DNA from: Phycisphaerales bacterium
GTDB lineage: Bacteria; Planctomycetota; Phycisphaerae; Phycisphaerales; UBA1924
Length of the DNA stretch: 64,000 bases
NCBI GenBank assembly: GCA_965227775.1
Contig: OZ245777.1
Location: forward strand, 3,040,001-3,104,000
Reading direction: 5' to 3'
Shown: piece by piece, positions 1 through 9,987 of the stretch
How positions within the stretch are numbered: the stretch's first letter is position 1
Layout of the letters: each line of letters begins with the position of its first letter
Made by a program: the position numbers and the translations under genes
Notes under the pieces: model-generated
Told to the model about the DNA's origin: nothing
Database searches by the model: none
The model's input: the letters and a program-made list of their open reading frames with translations, nothing else

Positions 1-958
1 CATCATCCGACGTCTCGCGGCGGATGGCCGCCCGGGCGTCGATGGCGCGGTGGATGGCTTCGGCCTGGGGTGTTGGGTCCCAGCAACTCGCCCGGTCCTC
101 GCGATCGACCACCTCTCGCAGCGTGAGCACCGTCTGGGTGAGGGCCGACCAGAGGACGCCGAGATAAACGAACAGCCCGATCGTGCTGGGAAGCCAGACG
201 AGCACGGGCGGCTCTTCGAACCCGGCAACCGCCGCCAGTGTCGATCCAGAAAGCAAGAGCAGCGCCACGAACGCCACGACGCCGGCGATAGTTGTGCTGA
301 GCAGCAGAAGGGCAATCGATAACCCGGGCCGCGCGATCAGATGGGCCGCCGCACGCTGGATCGCGTCGGGCGCATCGGCGTCGTTGGTGGCGATCGCAGG
401 AGTCGCGAGCATCAACAGCAGCGTCGCCAGGATGGCAGCGAGCATGCAGGCCATCACGACCAGCGAAGCCAGCGTGGCGCCGAACGCGTTGTCGATCCAC
501 CCTCCAACGGCCACGCCCAGCCACGCCGCAAGCATGGCTCCGCACAGCGTGGCAACGTACGTCGACACGCACAGGCCCGCGCTGGCCAGCATGGGCGGCA
601 GCGCGCCCCACACCTCGGCTCGGGTCGGCCGAGCCGCGATCGCACGGGCCGCCACTACGCCGCACACGCAGGCGACAAGCACGATCCAGAGCAAACGCGC
701 CCACGCCCAGACCGTACCGCCAAAGCCCACGTCGCCCATCCAGGGCAGCAACGACTCCAGCCGCAAGGGCAACACCCAGGAGGCAGACAGCGCTGCGATA
801 CCGGCCAGCGCGAGCGTCACCGGGTGCAACGCCAGCCCGCCCGCGCGGAACACGAAGGCCGTCGATTCGGCCAGCTCCGTCCACGAGCCCGGCTCGGCGA
901 TCGACCACGGATGGGCCGAGCGGTCGCTCTGGTCGAATTCGGGCGGCGTTGTTCGCAT
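1..958 (-). CDS. Multi-pass membrane protein of unknown function (3' end runs off the window)
   Basis: Not in the ORF track because it has no stop in the window. Manual translation from ATG 958 (GGGGGAG upstream): MRTTPPEFDQ...LLWIVLVACVCGVVAA...MLATPAIATNDADAPDAIQRAAAHLIARP..., with several hydrophobic helices. The + ORF 183..1085 is its antisense shadow. Confidence 0.75.
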   Translation of the reverse strand, partial: MRTTPPEFDQSDRSAHPWSIAEPGSWTELAESTAFVFRAGGLALHPVTLALAGIAALSASWVLPLRLESLLPWMGDVGFGGTVWAWARLLWIVLVACVCGVVAARAIAARPTRAEVWGALPPMLASAGLCVSTYVATLCGAMLAAWLGVAVGGWIDNAFGATLASLVVMACMLAAILATLLLMLATPAIATNDADAPDAIQRAAAHLIARPGLSIALLLLSTTIAGVVAFVALLLLSGSTLAAVAGFEEPPVLVWLPSTIGLFVYLGVLWSALTQTVLTLREVVDREDRASCWDPTPQAEAIHRAIDARAAIRRETSDD

Positions 959-1107
959 CGTGGGTGGACTCCCCCGTGTTCCTGTGGATGCTCCGATCCT
1001 TGGCCGCTCGAGGGTCGATGTGGCCCAGAAACCGGCAACAATCCTTCATCGGACCGGGTTCTCCCGTTGCCACTCGGGCAACTAGGGGAGAACACGCCGG
1101 AGCACGC

Positions 1108-1959
1108 ATGATCGACGCGACGATCCGTTGGAGCTTGTACATTGTGGCACTGGTCGTCATCGGTCCCATCGCCGGGCTGCTGATGGGCATGTCCGACGCA
1201 CCCGATGGTTCGGCCGGCACGGCCCTGGCCTCGGCCAGCCCGGTTGTGGGCGTCATCTCGCTTATGCTGGGTTCGATCCTCGCGGCCATCATCGGCGGTG
1301 TGGCGGCGTGGCGATGCGGGCTGCGGCCCGGCCTGACCTGCGCCGGCATCGTCTTGGCCTGGATGGCGGGCATGTCGGCCGGCATCGTGTCCACGATCTC
1401 CGCTTTTGGAGATGGCCCGTGGGGGCTGCTCGTGATGGAGGGCGTCATGGTGGCGCTCTGCCTCATCGGGATCGGCATCGTCACCACCCTTGCGGCCCAG
1501 CGGCATACGGAACAGCCGGGCGAGCACATCACGCCCCAGTCCATCGAAGCCATGGAGACCGAGAAGACGCTCACGCTCACGCCGCGCTCGGCGGGCGCCA
1601 TCGCCATCGCGGCGGCGGGTGGCGCGGCGGCGGCGTGGTTCCTCGCCGTGACGGACATCAAGGGCCAAGTGATCGCAGCGGCAGCCATCGCCGCCATCGT
1701 CATCGCGGTTGTGGCCAAGCTGGTCGACCTGAAGACGCCGGCCATCGGCGCCATCGCCGCCGCGGCACTGCTGGCCATCGTCGCGCCCGCGTATGCCTTC
1801 GCCACCGTGGCGACCGACTCGGCGCTGGCGTCGGCTTACGCCCAGACGCTGCCGGGCATCGTCCGCGTCACGCCGCTCGATTGGGCGGCCGGCGCGCTGC
1901 TTGGAACACCCATCGGCCTCGCCTGGGCCGCTTCGATCGTGAAGCGGGCCGAGGGCTGA
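1108..1959 (+). CDS. Hypothetical multi-pass membrane protein
   Basis: MIDATIRWSLYIVALVVIGP...; many Ala/Gly/Ile-rich transmembrane segments, high GC3. Confidence 0.8.
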   Translation: MIDATIRWSLYIVALVVIGPIAGLLMGMSDAPDGSAGTALASASPVVGVISLMLGSILAAIIGGVAAWRCGLRPGLTCAGIVLAWMAGMSAGIVSTISAFGDGPWGLLVMEGVMVALCLIGIGIVTTLAAQRHTEQPGEHITPQSIEAMETEKTLTLTPRSAGAIAIAAAGGAAAAWFLAVTDIKGQVIAAAAIAAIVIAVVAKLVDLKTPAIGAIAAAALLAIVAPAYAFATVATDSALASAYAQTLPGIVRVTPLDWAAGALLGTPIGLAWAASIVKRAEG

Positions 1960-2022
1960 GGCCGTCACCAGTGCCGGAACAGAAAGCCGGAACCTGACGC
2001 CGGAAGAGGATTGATCTTGAGC

Positions 2023-2823
2023 ATGACCCAGAACCCCACCAACGCCTCCATGCCCGACATGCAGTCGAGCGCCGATCCACGCGAGATCGCCATCGACCGC
2101 GTGGGCGTGCGGAAGGTGGTCTACCCCATCCGCCTGCGCACGCGGGCCGGCGGCGAGCAGGGCTCGATCGCCGACATCTCGATGTACGTTGCCCTGCCGC
2201 ACACGCAGAAGGGCACGCACATGAGCCGCTTCATCGAGGTGCTCGAAAGCCATGCGTGCGAGCCAATCACGCCCGAGGAGTTCCCCGGCATCGCCCGGGC
2301 CATCCGCGACCGCCTGAACGCCAAGGAGGCCCACATCGAGGCCAGCTTCGTCTACTTCGTCAAGAAGAAGGCGCCCGTCACCGGCATCGAGAGCCTGATG
2401 GACTACAAGGTGACCTTCTCCTGCACGGCCAATGGCGACGACGACTTCATCATGACCGTCGCCGCCCCCGCGACGAGCCTGTGCCCGTGCAGCAAGGAGA
2501 TCTCCGAGTACGGCGCCCACAACCAACGCTGCGAGATTACCGCCTCGGTGCGCTTCACCGGCGAGATGTGGATCGAGGACCTCGTCGAGATCTGCGAGGG
2601 CGCCAGCTCGCTGGAGGTGTTCGCCCTGCTCAAGCGGCCCGACGAGAAGTACGTGACCGAGCACGCCTACGACAACCCGAAGTTCGTCGAGGACATCATC
2701 CGCGACCTGGCGATCGCGCTGGACAAGGACGACCGCGTGCGGTGGTACGCCATCAGCAGCGAGAATTTTGAGAGCATCCACAGCCACAACGCGTACGCGG
2801 AGCTCGAGCGCTCGAAGTCGTAA
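2023..2823 (+). CDS. folE2: GTP cyclohydrolase I type IB (FolE2)
   Basis: IDRVGV, KGTHMSRF, TSLCPCSKEIS, GAHNQR, NPKFVED, ENFESIHSHNAYA motifs. Confidence 0.95.
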   Translation: MTQNPTNASMPDMQSSADPREIAIDRVGVRKVVYPIRLRTRAGGEQGSIADISMYVALPHTQKGTHMSRFIEVLESHACEPITPEEFPGIARAIRDRLNAKEAHIEASFVYFVKKKAPVTGIESLMDYKVTFSCTANGDDDFIMTVAAPATSLCPCSKEISEYGAHNQRCEITASVRFTGEMWIEDLVEICEGASSLEVFALLKRPDEKYVTEHAYDNPKFVEDIIRDLAIALDKDDRVRWYAISSENFESIHSHNAYAELERSKS

Positions 2824-2850
2824 ATCCCAACAAGATTTAGGTTGGCCGAT

Positions 2851-2879
2851 AAGAAAACCGCGTGCATCGGCACGCGGTC
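2851..2879 (-). terminator. Intrinsic terminator closing the ribosomal protein operon (possibly bidirectional)
   Basis: Stem ACCGCGTGC/GCACGCGGT (2857-2878) followed on the minus strand by TTTCTT; lies between convergent folE2 and rplQ. Confidence 0.75.
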
Positions 2880-2904
2880 TCTCTCGTTCAAAAAGATTCA
2901 GTTC

Positions 2905-3594
2905 TCAGGACTCTGACGTTTCGCCCAAATCCTCAGAAGCTTCCGGCTCGACCGTGGCGGCTGCAGCCTCGACCTTCTTCTCACCACCACGGTCCTTGCG
3001 GAGCTTGGCGTTGAAAGCGCTGCGCTTGTCGGCCTGACGGCGGCGGCGGCTGGGGTTGCCGCCGATCTCCGGGCCCTCCTCGGCGCCAACAAACTGGATC
3101 ACGCACATCTCGGTAGCGTCGCCCAGCCGGTGGTACCCGATGCGGACGATGCGGGTATAGCCGCCCTGGCGGTCCTCGAAGCGCGGGGCGACGTTCTCGA
3201 AGATGTGGCGGACGAGCCTCGGGGCCTTGCGCAGCTCGCCGTAGCGGTTGCGCTCGACCTGGTCCTCGCCGGGGATGTCGAAGAACTTCTCGGTGCGCTC
3301 GCGCTGGTCGGCGATGCGCTGCTTGAAGGCCTCGTCGGCGCCCTTGGGCACGTACATCCAGTCGAAGGCCTTGCGGTCGCGGCCGAGCATGGCGATGACC
3401 TGTCGGCGGCTGTGGAGATCACCCTTCTTGGCCTTGGTGATGATCTTCTCGACGAAGGGCTGGAGCGCCTTGGCTTTGGGCACGCTCGTAACGATCTGGC
3501 CGTGCTCGAAGAGCGAGGCCGCCATGTTGCGCAGCATCGCCTCGCGGTGCGTGCGGGTGCGGCCGAGCTTGAAGCCTGCTTTGCGGTGACGCAT
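2905..3594 (-). CDS. rplQ: 50S ribosomal protein L17 with internal insertion and C-terminal tail
   Basis: MRHRKAGFKLGRT...GGYTRIVR...GDATEM; follows rpoA. Confidence 0.97.
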   Translation of the reverse strand: MRHRKAGFKLGRTRTHREAMLRNMAASLFEHGQIVTSVPKAKALQPFVEKIITKAKKGDLHSRRQVIAMLGRDRKAFDWMYVPKGADEAFKQRIADQRERTEKFFDIPGEDQVERNRYGELRKAPRLVRHIFENVAPRFEDRQGGYTRIVRIGYHRLGDATEMCVIQFVGAEEGPEIGGNPSRRRRQADKRSAFNAKLRKDRGGEKKVEAAAATVEPEASEDLGETSES

Positions 3595-3668
3595 GACGGG
3601 AATCCTTCAAAAAACCAAACGGGCCCGGACGCGTCGTCTCGACGGGCCGGGCCTTGATGATAGCACGC

Positions 3669-4685
3669 CTACAGCTGGACGACCTCGGGCTGGTAGCCCT
3701 CTGGCAGGTCCATGCCGAGCTCCAGGCCCATCTCGGTGAGCTTCTTCTTGACCTCGCGGAGGCTCGTGCGGCCGAAGCTGCGGAGCTTGAGCAGCTCGCT
3801 CTCGGTCTGCATGATGACCTGGCCCACCGTGTAGAGCTTGGCGCTCTCCAGGCAGTTGCTGGCCCGGACGCTCAACTCGAGCTCACTAATGGGCTGGTTG
3901 AGCTTGCGGATGAGCCCCTCGTCGACGCCGGCGGCCGCGGCGGCCTCCTCGCTGACGCGCTCCTGGCCCAGCTCGAAGTACTGGACGAACGGGTTCAGGT
4001 GCTTGCGGAGGATCTTGCCGGCCTCGACCAGCGCCATCTCGGGCGTGATCGTGCCGTCGGTCCAGATGTCCATACTCAGCTTGTCGTAGTTGGTGCGCTG
4101 GCCGACGCGGGTGTCCTCGACGTGATAGCGCACGCGGTGCACGGGGCTGAAGATCGAGTCGACGGCGATGAGGCCGATGTCCTGCTCGTCGCGGCGGCTC
4201 AGGTGCTCCTGGGCGGGCACGTAGCCGCGGCCCTTGGCAACGTGCAGCTCCATCTCGAAGTCGATCTCGCTCGTGAGCGTGCACAGCACGAGATCCTTGT
4301 TGACGATGTTGACGTTGGTGTCGGCCTCGATCAGGTCGGCGGTGACCTCACCGGGACCCTGCGCGGCAAGGTGCATCACGCGGGGCTCGTCGCCCTCGAG
4401 CTTTAGCACCAGGTTCTTGATGTTCAGCACGATGTCGGTGACGTCCTCGAGCACGCCGGGCAGCGTCTCGAACTCGTGGCTGGCGCCCTTGATCTTGACG
4501 GCCGTGACGGCGGCGCCCTCGATCGAGCTCAGCAGGATGCGCCGCAGGCTGTTGCCGATGGTCGTGCCGAAGCCGCGCTCAAATGGCTCGACAGTGAACC
4601 GGCCGAAGGTGGAGTTGTTGAACTTGGGATCCGACACCACATGGGTGGGCAATTCGAGACCACGCCAGCGAACACGCATGGGCAT
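3669..4685 (-). CDS. rpoA: RNA polymerase alpha subunit
   Basis: EPFERGFGTTIGNSLRRILLSS, ELELSVRASNCL, FGRTSLREV; ATG 4685 preceded by AGAGG. Confidence 0.98.
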   Translation of the reverse strand: MPMRVRWRGLELPTHVVSDPKFNNSTFGRFTVEPFERGFGTTIGNSLRRILLSSIEGAAVTAVKIKGASHEFETLPGVLEDVTDIVLNIKNLVLKLEGDEPRVMHLAAQGPGEVTADLIEADTNVNIVNKDLVLCTLTSEIDFEMELHVAKGRGYVPAQEHLSRRDEQDIGLIAVDSIFSPVHRVRYHVEDTRVGQRTNYDKLSMDIWTDGTITPEMALVEAGKILRKHLNPFVQYFELGQERVSEEAAAAAGVDEGLIRKLNQPISELELSVRASNCLESAKLYTVGQVIMQTESELLKLRSFGRTSLREVKKKLTEMGLELGMDLPEGYQPEVVQL

Positions 4686-4871
4686 ACCTCTTTCTGCTCG
4701 AGCGAGCACGGTCGGCGGGTGGCGAATCAGGCCTGCGCTCGCTCGGCTCTCGGATCCGCCCGCCGCCACCGACCTCGCTGGCGGGCGTTCCTGCTGTCCG
4801 GGTGCGCTTCGTTTCAGACAAGCCGGACCGGGGCTTGTGAGCCACGGGCCGGGACGATCAATGCGTGCAAA

Positions 4872-5249
4872 TCAGACGCGGCGCTTCTTCGGCGGGCGGC
4901 AGCCGTTGTGGGGCACCGGGGTGTGATCCTCGATGGCAGTCACGCGAATGCCGGTCGAGACCACGCCGTTGACGGCTGCCTCGCGACCACCGCCGGTGCC
5001 GCGGATGCGGACTTCGGCCTCGCTCATGCCCATCTTGCGGACCTTCTGCCCCACGCTCTCGCCCGCGCGGGTCGCCGCGAACGGCGTTGCCTTGCGAGCG
5101 CCCTTAAAGCCGATGGTGCCAGCCGAATCCCAGGCGAGCGTCTCGCCGTTGGTATCGGTGATGGTGATCATCGTGTTGTTGCTCGTCGCCTTGACGTGGA
5201 TAATGCCACGGACGACGTTCTTGCGGACCTTCTTGGTCTTCTTCGCCAT
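4872..5249 (-). CDS. rpsK: 30S ribosomal protein S11
   Basis: GFKGARKATPFAA, TPVPHNGCRPPKKRRV. Confidence 0.98.
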   Translation of the reverse strand: MAKKTKKVRKNVVRGIIHVKATSNNTMITITDTNGETLAWDSAGTIGFKGARKATPFAATRAGESVGQKVRKMGMSEAEVRIRGTGGGREAAVNGVVSTGIRVTAIEDHTPVPHNGCRPPKKRRV

Positions 5250-5348
5250 TCAGTTCGCTCCAATCGCTTCCACTTTGGGTTCCCGGTTCTCAGACTTAGA
5301 GAAACAAGGCTGGAAGCTAGCGATGTGTGTAATGCCCAAGCGGGCGAT

Positions 5349-5726
5349 TTACCCCTTGACGCCCTTCTTGCCGGCCACGGTCTTCTTGCGGCCCTTCCGG
5401 GTGCGGGCGTTGCAACGCGTACGCTGGCCGTGCACGGGCAGACCACGACGATGACGCTCGCCGCGGTACGCACGCGTGTCCTTCAGCCGCTGGATGTTCT
5501 GGCCGACCTGGCGGCGCAGGGCACCCTCGACCAGGTAGTTGTTGTCGATGATCGCACCGATCTGGGCGACCTCCTGCTCGGTCAGGTCGTTCGCGCGGCG
5601 GTTCGGGTCGATCTGCGCCTCGGTCAGGATGTCCGCGGCGTACTTCGGACCGATGCCATGCACGTACTGCAGGGCGTAGTAGATCTTCTTGCGGTCTGGA
5701 ATGTCAATACCTGCGATACGCGGCAC
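5349..5726 (-). CDS. rpsM: 30S ribosomal protein S13
   Basis: [31 protein letters not shown]. Confidence 0.98.
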   Translation of the reverse strand: MPRIAGIDIPDRKKIYYALQYVHGIGPKYAADILTEAQIDPNRRANDLTEQEVAQIGAIIDNNYLVEGALRRQVGQNIQRLKDTRAYRGERHRRGLPVHGQRTRCNARTRKGRKKTVAGKKGVKG

Positions 5727-5764
5727 GCGTGTACTCCCTGGCCCTGGGCCAGCTCAGACGTTGC

Positions 5765-5881
5765 TCAGCCCTGGCGCTGCTTGAAGCGGGGGTTCTTCTT
5801 GTTGATGATGTAGACCCGGCCGCGACGGCGCACGATCTGGCAGTCCTTCGACCGCCGCTTGACACTTGCTTTCACCTTCAT
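5765..5881 (-). CDS. rpmJ: 50S ribosomal protein L36, zinc-free (C-) type
   Basis: Below the ORF-track cutoff; manual translation [38 protein letters not shown], immediately upstream of rpsM. Confidence 0.95.
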   Translation of the reverse strand: MKVKASVKRRSKDCQIVRRRGRVYIINKKNPRFKQRQG

Positions 5882-5980
5882 CGGGCACCTCGCACTGACA
5901 TTGGCCTACCAAGGGCCGACAACGATACCTTCACGCACCCGACACGGCCCGGTGCGAAGGGGATTGTACCCCGCTAGGGC

Positions 5981-6763
5981 CTAAGAGTCATCAGATTTCG
6001 GTCCGCCGAGCACGCGAAAGCCGTCTTCAAGCACCGCGATCATGGCCTCTCGAGCTGCCGCGGGGGCCCCGTCGGCGGCGCGGATAGCCCAACCATCTTC
6101 CGAGTCGACGGTCTCGCCCGAGCCGGTGGTGATGGCCGGCTCAAGGGTGATGACCATTCCAGGGCGGAAGAAGACGGGCGGGTCGGCGCGCCCGGGAACC
6201 AGCGGCAGCACCGGCAGCTCGTGGGGTGCGAGGCCGATGCCGTGGCCCGCGAGGCCACGGACAAGGCGGACGTCGTGAGCTACTGCGACCTTGGCCATTG
6301 CGGCGGCGACATCTGCCCAAGTGATACTGGGTTCGATGACACTCAGCCCCGCGCGCCAGACTGCATCAAGGGCGTCGAGCAGCGGGTACTCCCCACTACT
6401 GACAACGACCGAGTCGGCAACGTCAGCGTGCCAGCCATCGAGTGCAAGCATGAGATCGATGGTGATGAGTTGGCCCTCGCGGAGCGGTTGTTTGCCCGGA
6501 CGGGCGTGCGCGACGGTGTCGTCGATACTGATCGAGCAGGCATAGCCGAAGCCGTCGATGTCGATCATCACCGGTTGCGCCCCCATCGCCCCGAGTCGCG
6601 ACCGGCACATGGCCTCGAGATCGAGCGGGGACACGCCGGGCTTGGCGCGCTGAAGCAACGCATCAAGAACCGATCGCGCATGACAAGCCGCGCCCGAGAG
6701 CGCGGCCATGTCGGCTTCGTTGTACAGCTGCGGTCCGCGAAACTTGGAACCGGTCTTGATCAC
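5981..6763 (-). CDS. map: Type I methionine aminopeptidase (divergent)
   Basis: VAHARP, ITIDL, ADVA, GHGIG...PHE, TLEP, AREA metal/substrate ligand pattern; GTGA overlap with secY. Confidence 0.85.
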   Translation of the reverse strand: MIKTGSKFRGPQLYNEADMAALSGAACHARSVLDALLQRAKPGVSPLDLEAMCRSRLGAMGAQPVMIDIDGFGYACSISIDDTVAHARPGKQPLREGQLITIDLMLALDGWHADVADSVVVSSGEYPLLDALDAVWRAGLSVIEPSITWADVAAAMAKVAVAHDVRLVRGLAGHGIGLAPHELPVLPLVPGRADPPVFFRPGMVITLEPAITTGSGETVDSEDGWAIRAADGAPAAAREAMIAVLEDGFRVLGGPKSDDS

Positions 6764-8166
6764 CGCGGGCCGCGGAGCTTCGGTCCCTTGCCCGTGCCGT
6801 CCTGGCCGCCGAGGAAGCCTGCGTAGTTGCGCATCAGCAGGTTGGCCTCGATGCGCTGGACGAAGTCGAGGATCACCGCGACGACGATGAGCAAGCCCGT
6901 GCCGCCCAAGAACTGGGTGACATGGAACGGCACGCCCATGGCCACGCTCACCAGCATCGGCAGCACCGCGATGACCGCCAGGAACGCGCCGCCGACATAG
7001 GTCAGCCGTTCCATGACCGCCTCAAGGTATTCGGCCGTTCTTGGGCCGGGACGCAGGCCCGGTATAAACGAGCCGTGGTCTCGCATCTGCTTGCTGATCT
7101 CTTCAGGGTTGAACTGGATCGTGATCCAGAAGTAGCTGAAGAAGTACACCATAACCACGTGCAGCATGATGTATGGGAACTGGCCATAGTTGAGCGCGTC
7201 ACCGAACCAGTTCGACAGCGTGAACAGGATTCCGCCGCTCTGTTGGGTGGCCTCAGAGATGCCACTGAAGACAACCGACGGGAAGATCATCAGCGAGCTG
7301 GCGAAGATGATCGGCATCACGCCGCCGTGGTTCACGCGGAGCGGCAAGTAACTGCGCTGCCCGCCATACGTGCGGCGGCCGCGGGTGTGCTTGGCTTGTT
7401 GGATCGGGATGCGCCGCTGGGCCACGGTCATGAGCACCGAGCCCGCGACGACGCCGACGAACCCACCGACCAGCAGGATGACGCCCATCCAGTTCAGGCC
7501 ATCGGGGGCCTGCGGGTTGAAGTTGGCGACGACCCAGTTCACCGCCATTGGCATGCCGGCCAGGATGCTGGCCATGATGATCATGGACATGCCGTTGCCG
7601 ATGCCGTGACGGTCGATCTGCTCACCCAGCCACATGAGGAACACGGTGCCCGCGGTCAGAACAGTCACGCCCATGACCCACCACAGGGGGCTCTGGCGCC
7701 ACTGGCCGTAGACGATCATCTCGCCGCCCGGGCCGGCCTGCTGCGCGATGTAGTAGAGCCAGCCGATGGCCTGCACGATGCAGAGACCAACGGTCGCGTA
7801 CCGGGTCCACTCCTGGATCTTCTGCTGGCCGGTCGGGCCCTCTTCCTTGAGCGCCTTCAGGCTGGGCAGAACCGAGCCCAGGAGCTGGAAGATAATGGCC
7901 GCCGAGATGTACGGCATGATGCCGAGGCCGAAGATCGTCGACTGGGAGAGCGACCCGCCGCTGAACACCGACATGAAGCTCATCGCGCGGCCGAGCGCGC
8001 CGCCGGCCTCCTGCTGGAGCTCGGCGGACAGCTTGAGCGCTTCTTGGTTTACGCCCGGCAGGGGAATCCACATGCCAATGCGATAGACGGCGAGCATGCC
8101 CAGGGTGAAGAGCACCTTGGTGCGCAGCTCGGCAATTCGGAACACGTTGAACAGGGCCTGGATCAT
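6760..8166 (-). CDS. secY: Preprotein translocase SecY
   Basis: IFGLGIMPYISAAII, WLGEQI, GIGNG, GVMPIIFASS, FIPGLRPG, GGTGLLIVV. Confidence 0.98.
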   Translation of the reverse strand: MIQALFNVFRIAELRTKVLFTLGMLAVYRIGMWIPLPGVNQEALKLSAELQQEAGGALGRAMSFMSVFSGGSLSQSTIFGLGIMPYISAAIIFQLLGSVLPSLKALKEEGPTGQQKIQEWTRYATVGLCIVQAIGWLYYIAQQAGPGGEMIVYGQWRQSPLWWVMGVTVLTAGTVFLMWLGEQIDRHGIGNGMSMIIMASILAGMPMAVNWVVANFNPQAPDGLNWMGVILLVGGFVGVVAGSVLMTVAQRRIPIQQAKHTRGRRTYGGQRSYLPLRVNHGGVMPIIFASSLMIFPSVVFSGISEATQQSGGILFTLSNWFGDALNYGQFPYIMLHVVMVYFFSYFWITIQFNPEEISKQMRDHGSFIPGLRPGPRTAEYLEAVMERLTYVGGAFLAVIAVLPMLVSVAMGVPFHVTQFLGGTGLLIVVAVILDFVQRIEANLLMRNYAGFLGGQDGTGKGPKLRGPR

Positions 8167-8245
8167 CGATCCTCCGCCGGCTTCCAGCAGCCGGCCCCAT
8201 CATAAGCCGGCCGCGCGGCCGGCCAAAGGGGGACGGCCCGAAGCG

Positions 8246-8827
8246 TTACTTCTTGGCCTTGGCCGCCTGTCGGCGCTCAAGATTCGGGCGCCGCAGCTTC
8301 TTGGTCAGATTCTTCGGGGTCTTGTCATCGCTGTTGCGATCGATGCCGCGGACGCGATCGCGGCGCGTGCCGCTCTCGTTCACGCTGCCGCCGGCGTCCT
8401 CGATGATCTTGCGGGCCGAGCCGCTGACACGGCTTACGTTGACTGTCAGCTTGGTCTTCAGCCCGCCCTCGGGAACGTTGCCCAGGACCTTGACATCGCG
8501 GCTGGTGTCACGGATCAGACCGGCATCGATCAGCGACTGCGCGTTGACCTCGCCACCCTTGCTGAAGTTCTCGTGCTCGACGATGTCCTTGATGTTAACG
8601 ATCCAGAACAGCGTCTTGAACTTGACGTTCGTGAAGCCGAACTTGGGCATCGTGCGGAACATCGGCATCTGCCCGCCCTCGAACTGGTGGAGGGTCGAGT
8701 GGCCGCGACGGCTGCCGGCGCCCTTCTGACCTCGGCCAGCACGCTTGCCGCCGCTGCCCTGGCCGCGCCCGACGCGCTTGCGCTGCTTGTAGCGACCCGC
8801 TTGGGACGTGATCTCGTGGATCATCAT
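8246..8827 (-). CDS. rplO: 50S ribosomal protein L15 with basic C-terminal extension
   Basis: RKRVGRGQGSG, GRGQKG, FEGGQMP, KVLG. Confidence 0.97.
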   Translation of the reverse strand: MMIHEITSQAGRYKQRKRVGRGQGSGGKRAGRGQKGAGSRRGHSTLHQFEGGQMPMFRTMPKFGFTNVKFKTLFWIVNIKDIVEHENFSKGGEVNAQSLIDAGLIRDTSRDVKVLGNVPEGGLKTKLTVNVSRVSGSARKIIEDAGGSVNESGTRRDRVRGIDRNSDDKTPKNLTKKLRRPNLERRQAAKAKK

Positions 8828-8875
8828 GGCTTCAAAACTCCCTGGCCCGCCTAAGGCGAGGCCCGTCGAGATCAA

Positions 8876-9481
8876 TCAGTTATCGCTTGCCTTGTCGGCG
8901 TCGTCGGACGACTCGGCGGCCGCTTCGGTGCTCGCACCGATGCCGGCGCCCGTCAGCGCCTTGGCTCGCTCGATGCGCTGCTGGATGACGGAATCACCCA
9001 GTTCCACACCACGGGCCGCGGCGACATCTTCGGTGAGCCGCATCTTGGCGAGCCCGTCGATGACGGCCTTCACCACATTCAGTTTGTTGCCCGAGCCGAT
9101 GCTCTTGGTGATGCAGTCGCTGTAGCCGGCCATCTCGAGCACGGCGCGAACGGTGGCGCCGGCCACGATGCCCGTACCGGGCGTGGCCGGAATGAGGCGG
9201 ATGGTGGAAGCCGAGAAGTTCGTCTCGACCTCATGCGGCACGGTGGTGCCGAGGCGCTTCACGCTCACCATGCTGCGGCGAGCCTTACGCTGGGCCTTCT
9301 CGATGGCCACGGGCACTTCGGTGCTCTTCGCGTAGCCGTAGCCCACCTTGCCCTGGCGATCGCCCACGACCACGAGCGCTCCAAAGCTGAAGCGGCGGCC
9401 ACCCTTCACCGTTGCGGCGGTGCGGTAGATGTTGACCGTGGTCGATTCGATCTGCCCGGCTTCGTCGATCATCTCAGGCAT
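8876..9481 (-). CDS. rpsE: 30S ribosomal protein S5
   Basis: VKGGRRFSFGALVVVGD, PGTGIVAG. Confidence 0.97.
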   Translation of the reverse strand: MPEMIDEAGQIESTTVNIYRTAATVKGGRRFSFGALVVVGDRQGKVGYGYAKSTEVPVAIEKAQRKARRSMVSVKRLGTTVPHEVETNFSASTIRLIPATPGTGIVAGATVRAVLEMAGYSDCITKSIGSGNKLNVVKAVIDGLAKMRLTEDVAAARGVELGDSVIQQRIERAKALTGAGIGASTEAAAESSDDADKASDN

Positions 9482-9536
9482 TGAGCGCCCTCGTTTCCAT
9501 ATCCGCGGGGCGGCTCGCACGAGCGCCCCGAATTCT

Positions 9537-9899
9537 TCAGAACTTCAATCCGCCCTCGCGGGCCGCGTCGGCCAGCGCCTTCACACGCCCGTGGTAGCGG
9601 AACCCGCCACGGTCGAAGACCACCTTCTCGACGCCCTTAGCCTTAGCACGCTCGGCGATGAGCTTGCCCACGGCCTTGGCGGCTTCGGCGTTGCCCGTGC
9701 CGTCACCCTTGAATCCCTTGTCCATCGTCGAGGCGGCGCAGATGGTCGTGCCGTCCAAGTCGTTGACGACCTGGGCGTACACGTGCCGCAGCGAGCGGTA
9801 GATGCTCAGACGCGGGATGTCACCCGTGCCCGAGACGCGCTTGCGGATGCCGATGCGGCGGCGGGTGCGGCGTGCTTGCTTTGCTTGCTGCCTGTCCAT
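9537..9899 (-). CDS. rplR: 50S ribosomal protein L18
   Basis: [34 protein letters not shown]. Confidence 0.98.
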   Translation of the reverse strand: MDRQQAKQARRTRRRIGIRKRVSGTGDIPRLSIYRSLRHVYAQVVNDLDGTTICAASTMDKGFKGDGTGNAEAAKAVGKLIAERAKAKGVEKVVFDRGGFRYHGRVKALADAAREGGLKF

Positions 9900-9987
9900 T
9901 GCGTCAGAACCTCAAAAAGAACCGAAACACCTGTCGAGAACCGCGACCAGCCAGCACACACGAGCGGGCCGGCAGAGCCACCGGGCA

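Noticed and set aside
3..2787. Long minus-strand ORFs 3..1805 (600 aa) and 817..2787 (656 aa)
   Set aside because: Antisense or off-frame shadows of the membrane protein and folE2, typical of high-GC DNA; no recognisable motifs
5981..6763. map as a pseudogene (divergent sequence)
   Set aside because: The frame is intact and the D, D, H, E, E metal ligands and both substrate His residues appear to be retained
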